Assembly: GCA_973895155.1 (NCBI GenBank)
Contig: OZ316895.1
Coordinates: 10,280,184-10,344,183, forward strand
Source: Marsupella aquatica
Lineage: Eukaryota > Plantae > Marchantiophyta
Reading direction: 5' to 3'
DNA: 64,000 bases
Shown: positions 1 through 13,431 of the stretch, in pieces
How the letters are laid out: every line of letters begins with the position of its first letter
Numbering within the stretch: the first letter of the stretch is position 1
Translations under genes and position numbers: made by a program
The notes under the pieces: generated by a model
What the model was told of the DNA's origin: nothing
Database searches by the model: none
The model's input: the letters and a program-made list of their open reading frames with translations, nothing else

Positions 1-376
1 AAAAGATAAAGCTGTATCGTGAAGTCAATATATGGCGGTGACTCTTGCGCTCCCCTACCCTAGAAGCTAGTTAATCCACGGCTTGTTGTGGTAAAGTTGT
101 GGGGAAGACAATGCAGCACCCTTCTTCCCATCATGATAAGTCAGTTACATAGGAAATCCTTCATTTAAGGGTTTACAGGGGAAACGCTAACGATCGTCTC
201 CCATGAATGTGAGGACAGGAAATTTAGGAACCTGTTTAGCAGGAACTATGGCAACCGTAGCTTCGACTTAACTCCTCAGGAAGTTTCCAAAAACAACATT
301 ACTCAGCTTTGAATTCATCACGTGACCTTTCAAAATGGGGAGAGTCAGGCCGAGAAGCTTCGATATAGATCCTTAC

Positions 377-3300
377 CAAGAGAGGGTAGCTGTCTCGCAT
401 AAACTTGTTATCGACGACGACTTCTATGCCGTCCGATCTGGTCCCCGAAATTATACAAGGCGTAATTTAGAGTGACAAGAAGAAGGAGAACTTAGTATTT
501 AGATACGAACAAAATACTACGTAAGACCGAATATCAACGGTCAAATCTGGGGGACCCTGATCGATTGAGACAACAACCGAAAGCACACACACAATGCAGA
601 CACCAGAACATAGTGCAATGCCAATAACGTCAAAGCACAAAGTGATATTTTGCCACGCAATAAAACTGCAAACTCAACACTGCCTGTGTATTGACCATGC
701 TGTCCTGACAAAACAAATCTACTCTCAACAAATCCTTGCATCATAAAACTCATTGAACACAATACAGAAGAAGAAAGGCATGGATTTGAAGGACAAGGCA
801 AAGAAACCTAATTGAAGACCAAACCGTGAAATGAAGAGCATAACCGGTTGGATTATTTACAGTAGATTGGAAGGCGAACTACCTTGTAGCACAGAATGTT
901 GTGATTTCATATGTAGGAGAGCCTTATTAAGCAAAACCTTACCTTGAAGCCTTAAAGAGCACCAGAACTTCTTGTCTTCCGTTGTTGGTTTGGTTGCTGT
1001 AGCTAATAGCCTTATTGATTTGAGTGATATAAGTTACAGTGGATGGCACTCTATTATTGGCGTTCCATCCCGGCGATGACGATACTGGCCTCTCAGCGCC
1101 TTCTGACTCGGGTGATGTACACCTGCATTCATGCTGACCTTGACCTTCTTTCCCACTTGGGGAAGTAGCACCTTTCCCATCTTGTTCAGCATTACTTATC
1201 TCTGCTAATTGTTTGTCCTCGGTCGAACTCTGTTTGGGTTCCTGCGACTCCAGCGTCTGCCTTACTCGTTTCACAACCCCACTTTTACGCTTCTTTGCAC
1301 CTGTGTAGCGATCCATGGCACTGAGCTTACCCTGCTCCTCGCCTCCACCATCGGATTTGGCAATGTTTATATGCCCCACTAGCTCTGATTGCTTCTCAGT
1401 ATTTTCATCCGTGCATATTGCGTTCTTCGACATTGCAATCTCTTCGAGTTCCTCAACTCCTTTGCTAAAGGCTGTTTCATGAGTATCGGCTTCTGTTCCA
1501 ATTGATCCTTTCGACTTCTCCACCTTTCCTGTCTGCTCGTTTCCACTTTCTCCCTCTCTGTCAGCGTGATTAACCCCTACATTCAAGGCACCCAGCTTAT
1601 CCGTAGTGGAATCGACCGCATTTCCATTCTCCTCTCTAGCAGAAATTGTATGAGTCGAGGTAGATTTACCACCTTTCTCGCCATCCAAATTCCTTTCTTG
1701 TTGCATCTCGACGTCCGAAATACCAGCACCCGCTTGCTCACCGCCCTTGGCCTGAACTTTACATGCGGCTCCGTTAGCAGTAGAGGGCTCCAAAACTTGG
1801 TCCTTAGATATCTCACCAATATCGGAGAACACTGCCCTTCCCTCGTCCGTATCGGCGTTTTTATCAGAACTCCCTGCCACGTCTCCGTTGAATGAAGTGG
1901 ACGATCTTTTTTTCCTTTCACTTCGACGCTCTTCTATGGAACCAACCTTCAACTTCGACTCGCTTTCCTGGGACTTCTTTGATGACTTGACGTTTTTCGC
2001 ATCTTCCCCTGTTTCAGCTGTACTTGGATTCTGAGAATCCCCATCGCCATTTGCAGCAGATCTCTTCTTCTTTTTTTGATGCAAAAGGTATGTTCCAAAT
2101 TTCCTCTTGCCGCGACGATTCCTTTGACTGGAGACATCACCATCACAAACCCCTTGCAAACTAAGACAGACGGAATTTCATCACACCCTGCTTATCTGAT
2201 GACCAGGGACGAGATAAGAAAGCAAGTAAAAGGCCAACTGACTGATAAGAATGACCTACCCCTTTTCGAATTCTTCAAGAATGTCCGTGCACATTGAAAC
2301 ATTGTGGTAAGGTTCCCATGTATTCTCCTTCTCAGACCATCCTTTCCTGCAAAGTTCGATATCCACTCCTTTACCAACAAAGCACATTGCATTTCCAGTT
2401 TACAATATAGCTGAATGACGCCTACAGCAACTATAGGCAACGTGTGCTATGCAAATGTAACAATGGCAAGCTGTCGGAGTCACTGACCATTTGATAAGCA
2501 TCTCAACTTTGCCCTGCCAGTCAAAAACACAAACACCGTGCATGGCACAGTACGACACACGTTAAAAACAAATTCCTCACACGGTGCATAAGGGAGCGGT
2601 TCCGGACAATGAACGGGAGTATATCACAACTAGGCCAAGTTAAGAATTGAGCTCTTGCTGCGACGGAATCCAAATGCGACAGACTCGTCCAAATGCATCT
2701 TTCTTAGAGATTGCTGGGTCAGGTAACAATTCCAGTTTCAAATTTCATCTATAAACTACATCAGGTGGATATTCAGACGCTTGCAGACCTCGAACCTCAA
2801 ATTTACAAACCTAGAAGCTAACGAGCATAACTAATACAAGCCAGTCCCTTTTCTTCGTTCCTCCGGAGTAAACGGAATTACCTTGCGGACTCTTTTCTTT
2901 CGAATGGCTTCGACTTCAAAATAATCCTTTCCCAATTTTGAAAAATCTTCTTCTTCGTCTTCGTCCTCCTCGTCCTCTTCTCCCTCGTCGTCGTCCTCTT
3001 CCTCACTCTCCTCCTCTAGACTTTGCTCCTCAGCCATTCCCTTAGCCTTCTCGTCGTTAAGCGCCTGACCACGGGTCTTCTTGGATTTATCCGAGGCCTC
3101 TTCGACTACTCCTCCAGCTTCCTTCTTGTCAACCTTTTCCCCCTTCTTGGATTTCTCCAGGCCATCTTCCCCCCTACTCAAACGAAACCCCCTGGTATCA
3201 CTGTCATCCTCCTTCAATTCTGTAGCTCCCTTCTCACTAACAGCTTTCCCACTAGAAGCCTTGTCACCCGTCTTTCGGAACTTTTTCCCATTCTCCACCG

Positions 3301-4567
3301 CTCTACCATCGTCCCTTCCATCTTCGTTAGCACCCCCTGTCGTAGACGCTCCGGGAGACTTATCCATGCCGGGAGACGCATCCTTCGAGGTATCCTTCAG
3401 CTTGGTTTTTCTCGTAGTTCCACCACTGAACCCGCTTGTTTCCGACTCTCCCGGTGGAACAGGACGCTTCCGAGATCGCCGAGGCCGCGACGAGACGCCC
3501 TCGAAATCAACTGCGCTATTATCTTTCTCTACCCTGATCAGTTCTTGCACATTGCGCAGCCTCGGGTTCGCATTAGCTGCTGCGGCATTGTTTTCCTTCG
3601 CTGCCCTCTCTGCCATCCTTGCCTCCACCACTTTCCTCCTCTGCGACCTCTCCCTCAGAGGCGCCACTCCTGCTCCTACCCCTCCACCAGCCCCCATCGC
3701 CACACTTTCTCTCACCACTACCACCTCGCTCTTTCCCACCTCAGTCGTCGCTACAGCCTGCCGCTCCTCCTCTGTTGTTCTTATTGTAATCGTCGTCGTC
3801 TCCTCTACCGTCCTCACAGAAATCCCTTCCATCTCCTCTGCTAAAACGCCTCCCGCCCCCGCAGCATTCTTCGTGGAAGTATTCGACGCCGCTTCTCCAT
3901 CTTTCGGCGACCAGCCCGATCCCTTCTCCTTTTCCGTTCCTGTCACTCCTCCCCCTGTAGTAATCGTCCCCCCTGCTCCGGAGTCCTCCCCAGTTCCATA
4001 CGCAACCCCCGCGGCTCCATCTCCACCTCCACCTCCACCTGTGCTACTAATCGTCCCTGCAACAACCTCTGTCGAGTGATTTTTCGAAACCACAACCACA
4101 CCGTCTCCTCCACCCACCGCTCTAGTCTTGATTCCTGATCCCCCGCCCTCACCCGAACTCAATCCCGACGCCGTTCCTGGAGCTCCTCTTTCTCCTCCTC
4201 CTCCTCCTCCTCCTTCCCCTGCATCCGATACTGCGCCATGAACACTACCGCTGCTCGCCATCCCTCCTCCTCCTGATCTCGTCACTGCAGCCTCTCTCCG
4301 ACGCAGCGAGCTTCTGCTCCCCGACGACACCGTCGACATGGGAGCCTCCACCACCACCACCACCTTTGGTTTCGCGTCCCCACTTCCGCCTCCTCCCTTG
4401 TTGCCACTGCTTCGTCCTCCTTCCCCCTTGGGACCCTGCGCACCCCGTCCAGCACCACCTCCCGCACCCGCACTAGCACTAACACTACTACTCGTACCAG
4501 CACCACCTCTACCTCCGAGTCTCCGCAACCCCCCCTGACCCCGCAGCAGAGTCATTATCGTATACAT
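377..4567 (-). CDS. LHP1: LIKE HETEROCHROMATIN PROTEIN 1 (chromodomain + chromoshadow domain), 3' end outside window. Exons 4567-2882, 2513-2488, 2346-2260, 2160-943, 437-377
   Basis: GT-AG joins keep frame and rebuild the chromodomain YFEVEAIRKKRVRK|GKVEMLIKW|KGWSEKENTWEPYHNVSMCTDILEEFEK after an acidic tract. They also rebuild the chromoshadow ITQINKAISY...VLVLFKASR|SDGIEVVVDNKFMRDSYPLL. The final LIxFYE-type exon was not found in the window. The start codon (4567, or 4555) is inferred. Confidence 0.93.
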
Positions 4568-4610
4568 CTCTGCAACTCACAGTTTCTCAGACCCTTCGAG
4601 CGAGCGAGCG

Positions 4611-4642
4611 ACAAGACAAGACAAGACAAGACAAGACAAGAC
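4611..4642. repeat. (ACAAG)n microsatellite upstream of the LHP1 start
   Basis: Six perfect ACAAG units plus AC. GGAGA-rich (about 4836-4870), (TTA)n (about 4911-4930) and GGCCG (about 4963-4996) runs lie nearby. Confidence 0.9.
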
Positions 4643-6825
4643 GCGAGAAATAAAGTACAAGGAATCCGATTAATTAGAAATACACGACTACAAATCAAAG
4701 GAATGGATGGATGTCCTCTCGATTAATTAAACGCACATGTCCGCCATCACCCCCCCTGCGTTGGGGACAGGGTCCGCACGAGGAGCCGCGACGAAAGAAC
4801 GGACGAGCCAACCGAAGACAACGACGGAAGTCGGGAGGGGAGAGGAGGGGAGAGGAGGGGAGAGGAGAGGAGCGAATGATCACAGAATCGTGACACCAGC
4901 AGAAGTCTTGTTATTATTATTATTATTATTAACTCGTGGGCCAGGACAAGACAGGACAAGATGGGCCAGGCCGGGCCGGGCCGGGCAGGGCGGGGCCAAG
5001 CGTTTTGGCTCCAGACCCGGCTAATACGTCCCCTGTCGAGCAGGCCCTCGTGTGTGTTTACGCCTCTTTCACTACGACGACGATGACGACGACGACTGCC
5101 CAGTGTCTATTTTGGGTACTGACCACAGTAACCGGTACGAGGGGGAAAAACACTGCTATCGTAGGATTCTCAAGCCCGTGTGAGCTAGTTATTAGGGCCT
5201 TTGGCACTTGAGCATGTTTGGCGACAATATTTTTCAGGGCCATGTGATTTATATTTTCAATTTATTTATTTATTTATATACCTTGCCTATGGAGGAGGTT
5301 GCAGCAAAAGGTGATAGCAAAAGTTATCCACTAAATATTGTTTAGACAATAACCCTGAAGACTTGACATTTGAGACGGCCTATTGTACTACTGTATGAAG
5401 TTTCTGGGAAGGAAAGCCCCCATAGGCTCAAAGATTGATTCAAAAGACTCGGATGGACACCCTAAAACCAGGTCAGTCATTAAGGAGGTCTTACAGGAGG
5501 ACTGAATGAACCACTTCTGGTCTCTCATGTGGTGTCTCTTCTCCCCCACTAGAAGTTCTATGTACTTCCTGAAAAAATAACGTACCACAACTATTATATC
5601 CTAGCATCTCACTAATAGAGCGTAAAGAGAAACTACTTTCCAGGGCTAGAATCTAGACTGAAGTCTCTATAACTCTGAGGGTGTCATTAAGTTGGAGGTG
5701 CGAGTGAAAGCAGCATGTCTAGAATTGGGAACTGGGTGAGGGTTTTGAAAATGGAGCAATGCAACGAAGTTGTGTGCTGCGCTCCTCTCTTCACTTTCAA
5801 AGAACGGGTAGCCGGGCTATTATCAATGGTACGCAATGAGGTCATTCATTGCCTGTATATTCAGTCATGATATTACAAAACAGGAATAGAGCACTCTTAA
5901 AAAACTTTAGATAATGTTACCAGGTTATAGTTTAATGCTTGATTTGTGCTTGTTGGGAATTTCATAATTTTGTCCAAGCACCTTGTCAAACCCTGGTGTA
6001 GATCATTGATTTTGTTCCAACTTTTGGGGTCTCATCCTTTACACTCTTTTGGGCCCAATCCACAGCATCCACATCAAGTAGCTATTCTAAAACTCTATGA
6101 GGGTTCTTTCTATAATGTAGAATTTTGCAAAGCAATCATGTATCTTACTAATAAATCACAATGAGAAGCTAAAGTTGGGGTCTATGCTTCTTGAGTGAAG
6201 ACTCTTGACTGTGACTCTAGGGCCCACCACAATTTGTGTGGATGGAAAGATTGATGGGATGTTTTGTATGATAAAATGATGATCAGGCATGATTTATCAT
6301 CATCTCTATTAATATTCAAAGAATGGGCATTCAGGGTGGTACATTTTCTGAGTAAAGAGTAGGACTATCTCCTCAAACAGGATTTTGTTGGATACAGTCA
6401 AGACAAACACATCACCTTGATGGAGTTGGCACAAGAGTAAATGGATTCCTATCATGTAATGCCCTCTTTAGGGCACTTAGTAAGCCTGAAGGGCAAGTGT
6501 GCTAATATTAGGTGTAGTATGACATCATCTTTAGTGGCCAAATTTTGTTAAAATCCACCTTCATCATACTTGTTCACCACTTTTGGCTAAAATTTGACAC
6601 ATATTTTAGGTCTCATTAGCCACAATCTGACGACTCTACTTGAGTCTAAGGAGATCTATCCTCTAGGTAAAACCAAACACTAAAGAAGAGGCAAATGCAA
6701 CCCCAAAAATCTAGAAAGGGGAAAAAGAAGAAAGACAAAAAAACTACCACTGCATAGTGTGATGAGCTAATGATTCACAACTAATGCAAAAAGTTGGGAA
6801 CTAATGGTCCACATCTACTGTCAGT

Positions 6826-7365
6826 TGTAACTAAATCTGCACAGTGGGACATGGATGTTCTCTAAGGGGCAAGACTTTGCGCATGCACACTAGTATCCAT
6901 GGTGAGAGATAGCCATGGCTTGAGTTTGAGAAGGTTGTAATGTCACAAAATTTGCTGACAAGAGCATTGGTCAAAACAGAGAGACATTGGTGGTCTGTAG
7001 GCAAATTATGAGAATTTCTTCCTATTTTTTGTGAGCTCACAATAGACAACAAGACAACAACAGACAAGGCAAAAAATGGGCATTGGGTCCGCCAACTTTT
7101 CACTTCTCTAAACCCTAAACCCTAATTGTATGGGCTACGTCCATGACTATACCAAGAGCTTCTCTATGAACACAAAAAGTACATATCACCATGGCTCCAT
7201 GGTTCAAGCTTTTTCTCTCTCACACAAAGGTCTCAACTAAGTGCTCTCTCTTCATGGGATACAAAAAAAGTTTATCCCTTCATGAAGAGTCTAGTTCAAA
7301 TCTAATATTAGCTTTGGTTAACTTACTCTAGTTAACTTAGCCAAGGTTGAGTTGACACCCTTACA
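6826..7365 (-). mobile_element. 3' LTR of a Ty1/Copia element (540 bp)
   Basis: Terminal inverted TGTAA...TTACA. On the minus strand it directly follows a polypurine tract (AAGGGGGAG, about 7368-7376) and decayed RNase H sequence. Confidence 0.7.
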
Positions 7366-8220
7366 AACTCCCCCTTGACTCTAGCCTTGGGCTTGCTGCT
7401 AGCAATCTGAAGCTAAGATTTGCAATGAAATGTATTGCAAAATCACCATGAGGGATAACCTTGATTAAGATTTCAGTTGGGTTGAGTTTATCATCAATCT
7501 TGACTAGTTAACCTTGACTGTTTGTCTGATAAAATGATATTGGATATCAATGTGTTTAACTTTGCTATGTGTCATTTGGTTGGCATCAATGTGTAAAACA
7601 CTATTTCTATCATAATGAAGAAGCACAATGCGCTATGTAATCCCCAAATCCTTCACCGGCTTGCTTAACCAAATTGTCTCCTCAGTTGCTTCAGCTGCTG
7701 CCACATATTCAGCTTCAGTAAAAGACTGAGATAATTATGCATTTTTGCTTTATGGACCTCCAACTCACACATCCGCCGGCAAGAGTGAAAGTGTATCTTG
7801 AGGCCAGACAGACTTTTTCTGGTCCAATCTCCTTCATAGTCAGAGTACACATAGCCAATCAATAACTTTTGCATCTTCATTGTGTGCATCAAACAACACT
7901 CCAACAATAGAGGTTTCTTATAGATAACGTAATATCCACTTCACTACTTCCCAATGTATCTTTCCTAAATTAGCCATGTACCTGCTCACCAATCTAACAA
8001 CATGTGCTATACCCCTCGCTATACCCGGGGCCATATCAATCCAGATACAAACCATAAGATACATTAAATTGCCCACAACACTATCATATGTAGGAACCTT
8101 AGACTATGACCTCTCTCAATTGCATCTGTGGGGTAGAATGCAACTGAAAGCTTGAATTGTGACCAAAGGAGTACTCACAAACTTGGCACTTGCCATAGTG
8201 AATTTGCAAGAACCTTAACC
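7366..8220 (-). mobile_element. Degenerate Ty1/Copia RT-RNaseH remnant
   Basis: Broken motifs on the minus strand: YDSVVGNLMYLMVC, HVVRLVSRYMANLGKIHWEVVKWILRYL, LIGYVYSDYEGD, TEAEYVAAAEA, KVKHIDIQYHFIR, with stops and frameshifts. Confidence 0.9.
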
Positions 8221-9641
8221 ATAGTGGCCAAGAACGCCCTGAATATTCCATGGAAATAGAAAAACATCAAAGTAAGCTACGACTTATAGATGGTAAGGAG
8301 GGTTTGATAATGGTCAATTTATTTTCATCTTTTTGGTTGACTTGGATTTTGATTTATACCTTTATGTCTTTTCCACACATAGGAAACAACACTCCCATTT
8401 TGACGTGATATGTAATAAAGTCTTTATTGACTCCGTTCCTCACCCCCTCTTGAAAGACATTATATCAATACGTTTATGTTGGTCTTTAAGTAAGTATGTC
8501 CTTTGCAACAAATTATTACAATATGATGTCTCAACCATCGTAAATCTTGGTTCCAGATATAGATTCTCAAACAAAAAGGACATCGTAAACTCATTAACCA
8601 TGCGAGGTACTTTACATAGTTTGAGATGAGGTGAAGTACGTCTCATGGGACAACATACTTAATGTGGCCAAATTGATGTCATGTTTTGCACCTTTGTGTG
8701 GACTTGTTTTAATTAACTTCGCGTTAAACCTATGTCAGGCTACATTTAGTTGACTCAAAATGTAGTTGTGAATGAATATTTTGGAAATAGAGTGAAGCTT
8801 AAGTGTTGTGGCCAATGACAATGTATCTCTAAGACAGGAGTGGTGACAAAGTTAGTGATAGGGAAAATCTTTGGACAAAAATGATGATTTGGTCATTGAC
8901 AGTATATTTTATGGACAGAAAAGTACACACTAGTATCCAAGCATATTTTTTTGATTTAGTCTAGTCCATCCAAGTTTCATTTATCCATGGGGGCGTCATG
9001 GACAAAATATTGGTCCATCTGGGAATAGTTCTTCTATTTCCTTTTGGCCATCAAGCACTATCTTCATCCCGGTTAAAATTTACATGTGAAATTTTTTCAT
9101 GTTTCATTACCATCAATTAGTTTGTGGACCCCGTATGTCCTCCCGCATAGTTAATAATTTAGAGTGACTGGTCACCAAATTAAATGCCTTTGAATGAGTC
9201 TTGTGTCTGAGTTGTGTGCCCTGCTTTTTGAGTCTTACATGATCACCTGTATTTATGCAATACAAAGCACGTGAGCGCTCATCGATTAACCTTGAAGATG
9301 AGGCCCATTTGGATGGACGCACGGAGTTATTTCTGATGTGAAGCTCTCAACTGACATCAATTGATTTTTTTTACCCTATTGTGTGTTATTTAAAATATAA
9401 AAGTGTTCAGTTTTTAAAATTTTCAGGGTTGTTGGGTCTAGTTGTTCTTCTCTGCCTCTTACCAAACAAGAGCAATTGTGGTTGTTTGTTGTTGCAAACA
9501 CATACATTCACGTCCTTGATCGGAAGCACCTTGAAGGTCAAAGACCCAAAACGCCCAAGAGTCCCAAAATGGCAAAAGATGTAAATTTTTATAGAGGAAC
9601 AAACTAAAAAGCATGGCAAAGCTCCACAATAAACAATTATC

Positions 9642-10033
9642 TGGACCCTATCTTTGTTAGGGTACTGCAATCCAGATGTGAACAATGTTGCATCCATTTT
9701 CTTGAAGGCTCCAAAGTTCAATACATGACATTCACCCTCCATGATCCAAGCCTAGCATAGCTCTAAAATATACAGTCATGTGGACCCTATCTTTGTCACT
9801 GCAATGCAATCGAGATGTCAACAATGTGACATCCATTTCCATTTCCTCCACACCTCCAAAGTTTTGTGCATGACATTCACCCTTGATGATCCATCCTTAC
9901 ACTAGTAATTGGATTCTCTAGACCCTACCTTTCTTAGTGCAATGCCGTCGAGATGACACCAATATATATGACATCCATTTCCTTTTCCAAGCCTCCCAAG
10001 GTCAATGCACAACATTCACCATCGATGATCCAT
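9642..10033. repeat. Three degenerate tandem copies of a ~140 bp unit
   Basis: GACCCTA..TTT, GATG.CA, CATCCATTT, ACATTCACC..GATCCA recur at about 9642, 9781 and 9919. Confidence 0.8.
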
Positions 10034-10476
10034 TCTGACAATAGCCATAGCAAAGTAGTTGGAGGAGTGTAATCAGAGGTGGAGTGAGTGTTGCACTTAG
10101 TATATTGTGTGGGACCCCTGAGAGCCAAGGAATCTATGCCACCTACAAATATTCATTTGGCACATCATTCTTTGGTAAGATTTTTTGACTAAGTGGATTG
10201 TTGGAGCTATATGGTGAATCCAACTTTCATGTTTTGTCTTATTCAGATTTTGTGTCAAGTATTTTGATTTCAATGTGCCTTAATAAGGTTAATCATTTGT
10301 ATTAATTAGATTTTGAATTAACATTTGGACATATTTTAATTTTAGTTAACGTAGAGTATTTTGAATTTATATTGGCTCACCTCATAAATGTTTAATCTTT
10401 CCTTTTCATCCACTTCTTGGTGAATTTTATCTTTTCTCATGAGAGTGAGAGAAATTATTTGACATTATGCATATAC

Positions 10477-10821
10477 TGTTGAGCATAGACGACATTCGTA
10501 ACGGCAAGCCCATGAACCATCCAACGCACAAGAGTCGACACAGAGAGATACGTGGTTCACCTTCACATGAGGTTACGTCCACAGGAACACACAAGAGCTA
10601 TACTGCACTCTAGGCTGACCGGCCATACCAAGCCTCCACAACACAAGCTCTCCCTATCTCTCAACTAGCTCTGTAACAATGAGCCTAAGTTCCACCCAGG
10701 GTCTGGCATCAACCCTGGCTAAATACACAACAGCACTACCGCTAACATTAGCTAAGTCCTAACCTGAGTTAGACTAACTGTGGTTAGCTCATGAGTCACA
10801 AGACTAGAGCAATATCTAACA
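10477..10821 (-). mobile_element. Solo LTR (345 bp) with 5-bp TSD
   Basis: TGTT...AACA termini flanked by TATAC on both sides (10472-10476 and 10822-10826). Shares GG(C/T)TACGTCCA and TCTCAACTA motifs with the LTR at 6826-7365, from which the strand is inferred. Confidence 0.88.
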
Positions 10822-11429
10822 TATACTTTCTTCCCCTCATGATTTCCTTTACAAAATTTATGGTTTTAATCGAGTTGACTATCATTACCTAAAAACAAAT
10901 GAAAATATGTACTTCATGTGTACAACTCTTTAGTACCTTTGTACTTTCCTTGTCATTATGTGTTTTTATTTGCATGTGTACTGATGGTTTTGTGTATTAT
11001 TTTACTCACTCTTAATTAACATATATGATTTTCTTGGCATGTACTTTACATCTACTCTTTTTTTATCATAAATCATAGGATGAATTTCGTATCACTGCAA
11101 GATAAAAAAGAAGCTTGTTCTAGGATGAACATGCTATATTGGAGGCTTAAAATCTCAAACCTGTATGGTAGGGTGGGATAGTCAAGAATCATTAGGCTTA
11201 GCTTTGCACATAAGCCATAGGAGGTAGCTAAAATATATATATCACACTGCCAAAGGGCAAAAACTCCAAAGCAGGAGACAGGATTTCACAGGCAAAACAA
11301 CCCAATGAAGGTTCTTTACCTTGGGAGGGAGGGTGATAATTATACATTTTACTTTCGTAGAAAACTATGATTCGCTATACTTCATATGACTTCTTTGGTC
11401 ACGGACTTGATTTGGGTGTGTAGTGAACA

Positions 11430-13400
11430 ATGCTCTGACTTAAGCAATACCCACTGACATTGTTGGAGAGATTCAGATTGGTGCATGGAAATCAATCTTG
11501 GAACCCTGGTCCCCTTATCACAGTACATTCATGGCCCAATTGGAGACTTCATGAGAACAAATGATACTCTCTCTATCAGAAAAATTGGAATTGCGGCTAG
11601 ATAAAATTAGGAAGAGTGCAGGGTCCCTTGTTGCCAGAGTCACAGTTGTCAATCACCTTGCTGTGAGTACTCTCTAGTTTATGTTGATAGTGTGGACAGG
11701 GCAACAATGCGCTATGATGTCCTTCAAAAGAAGATTACCGCCTTCATATGGGCGGGGAAGAATGAAAAGGCTACACCTAGGGTTAATTTTGCTATCATAA
11801 ATAGACCAAAGAAATTTGGTGGACTTGGTTTGATCTCCCTTGCTGCACAGGTTTGGGCGCTCACTGGAAATTTCATAATCTGGGCCCTGGCCAAGGAGGA
11901 CCACCCCTATGGCGCATACTTTAGTACAAAATCAAGATGCTTTCGAAGCAAAAATGGGGAACCGGGGACTTCTCCTAGGTGGTCTCACAGTGCCATACAC
12001 TACCTAAGGATGGATCACAACTTTGGTGCAACATCCGTAATGGTTGGAATGTGATCAAGAAGAATCTCAGACATACAGCTCCTCCACTTGGAGGGGTGAC
12101 TATATCTCCCCCTCTGGATACCTCATCTCAATCATATCCAACCCAACCAGGCTAAGATTTCATGAAACCCTAAGATAAGGATCTTTAGGGCAGGGTTTGT
12201 GTACATGAAGGACGTGCTAGGAGTCGGTGGCGAGTTCCTAAGGTGGGAGGATGATCCAAACAGGCTGCTACCGGGCAACTGCGCCCATGCATACAGGAAA
12301 TTGATTGGGAGTTTGGTTAGTGTACCCAAACTTCACTAGAATCCCAAGCAACCGATCCCAATGTTCATGGAAGCAAAGCTTCCCTGTGGAGCCCTATTCA
12401 TCTGAGAATTCAAGGTACAATGCAATGCAATCACATCATGTTGGTACCAGTTCTATGACAATTCCACACCAGTCATAACATTCAAGGCCATGAATGGGAT
12501 CCTGCAAAAGATTGCTACCTCAGCCCCCTCCCCCATTGGACACTACCTTACACCGTGTTGTGACCAGATCCCACAGGACCACTGTCCCCCATCACTTGTG
12601 CATCGGTAGAACGACCAATCATTTGGCTTCGCTGCTCCAATATGAATGGAAGGACGGAACACCGGTCTTGGGGACTAACACTACTCATCTTAGGGAGATC
12701 CAAGGTCCACTTAGGACAACAACTCACAATAGTAAGGAAGTGGGAAATTCAATTGAATTGGATCCCCAACTTGAAGATGTTGTGGGCCAATACCTGGATT
12801 CCTTATAGGGCTGCAAATGAGAATTGTCTCTTATGGCAATTGATTGATAGGATACCAGCTACACATCACTGGCGCCTAACAACTCTACCACCAATGGATC
12901 CCGATACCTGGTCACGAGGTGTAATCTTAATCAGCACAAAGACCTAGTTCATTGCGTCTGGAGTCGTCCCGTCTCAGAATCAGTCTGGTCTTGGGTCCAA
13001 TACATTCTACAGAGGGCGGTAGCCACTAGCAACAGAATCCAACTTCAACCGGCACACATTTTTGTTGGGGCTCCTTTGCTTGAGTTCTGGGATGTACCAG
13101 GGAAATTATGGCATACCCTTCGGGCCATTATTTGCTGGTACATTTGGAAGGACCGTAGCTCCCACTGCATCAAACTTACTAGATCGAAGGCCCGAACAGT
13201 AATTCAGACGACTTGGCATCGCCTCAGCATGTACCTCCATTGAGATTGGTGCAATCACAAGTCCAGAATTCAGTCTAGCAAGTCCTCTTTTGCAGAGGCC
13301 CTCAATGACATGTTCGTAACTACGGGACCCGGGCTGGGCTGTGGGATTTCAATGAGGAGATACTCCAAGTGCCACCAGTCCCCCCCCGACCACCATGAAT
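11430..13400 (+). mobile_element. 5'-truncated, decayed L1-clade LINE (ORF2 C-terminal part)
   Basis: SLVARVTVVNHLAVSTL*F, FIWAGK...RVNF..INRPKKFGGLGL, and a zf-RVT-like WQLIDRIPATHHWR...LVHCVWS..VSESVWSW, ICWYIWKDR. Many stops and frameshifts; boundaries approximate. Confidence 0.85.
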
Positions 13401-13431
13401 CCCCTATGTGTTCAGGTTGAGGAGCTATATA

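Noticed and set aside
10-40. Minus-strand IDF... as a candidate last LHP1 exon
   Set aside because: Reads IDFTIQL rather than IDFYE.HL.Y and has no in-phase AG acceptor; the last exon is probably outside the window.
3023-4079. Long plus-strand ORFs (273 aa and 332 aa)
   Set aside because: Antisense shadows of the GC-rich low-complexity LHP1 exon 1; no domain features.
7108-7125. Telomere-like CTAAACCCTAAACCCTAA (also at about 62686-62700 and 63626)
   Set aside because: Only 1-2.5 units; ordinary telo-box or chance occurrence, not an interstitial telomere array.
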